Below, piece after piece: positions 27,016 to 27,079 of a stretch of DNA of 27,079 nucleotides (within the stretch, counting starts at the first letter, position 1; each line of letters starts with the position of its first letter). The translations under genes and the position numbers were made by a program. The DNA comes from Dehalococcoidia bacterium (GTDB lineage Bacteria; Chloroflexota; Dehalococcoidia; JAZGDP01), in the NCBI GenBank assembly GCA_036477885.1, contig JAZGDP010000093.1:1-27079 (forward strand). The letters are read 5' to 3'. The notes below the pieces were generated by a model. That model was not told the origin of the DNA, searched no databases, and saw only the letters and a program-made list of their open reading frames with translations.

Positions 27016-27079
27016 AGCAGCCTCTAGACCCCGGTTGCTCCAGGTGATGATAGATGCCTCCAGGCAGCCGGATTTACGA
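26999..27079 (+). CDS. secY: Preprotein translocase SecY, first 27 codons only
   Basis: GTG after GGAGGAG gives [27 protein letters not shown]; expected position after rplO. Confidence 0.75.
   Translation, partial: MRQQAEAASRPRLLQVMIDASRQPDLR

Noticed and set aside
1-27079. CRISPR arrays, IS elements, prophage, rRNA, tRNA-Sec or sel genes
   Set aside because: No periodic repeats or matching motifs were seen; Sec machinery, if present, lies outside the window.

Overview
Bacterial window with two parts; the probable source is Chloroflexota/Dehalococcoidia (inferred from the S12 insertion, the SecY N-terminus and the lack of tuf between fusA and rpsJ). The right half (14.5-27.1 kb) is a continuous str-S10-spc ribosomal superoperon, rpsL to secY (partial). 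The left half is accessory: a frameshifted MscR-like Zn alcohol dehydrogenase, a CoxMSL-order molybdenum hydroxylase with a MoaD/ThiS protein, tRNA-Asp, an MDR oxidoreductase and a DddP-like M24 protein. The main result is a minus-strand operon (about 8.8-14.2 kb) headed by a CmtR-type ArsR repressor. It links a mercuric-reductase-like flavoprotein with two apparent UxxC selenoproteins that the ORF track splits at in-frame TGA codons; each TGA is followed by a SECIS-like hairpin at the same spacing. The operon also encodes an unannotated 53-aa Cys-Cys membrane microprotein, a lipoprotein, a TlpA and CcdA. All family assignments come from motif recognition and recalled sequences; no database search or folding was run.
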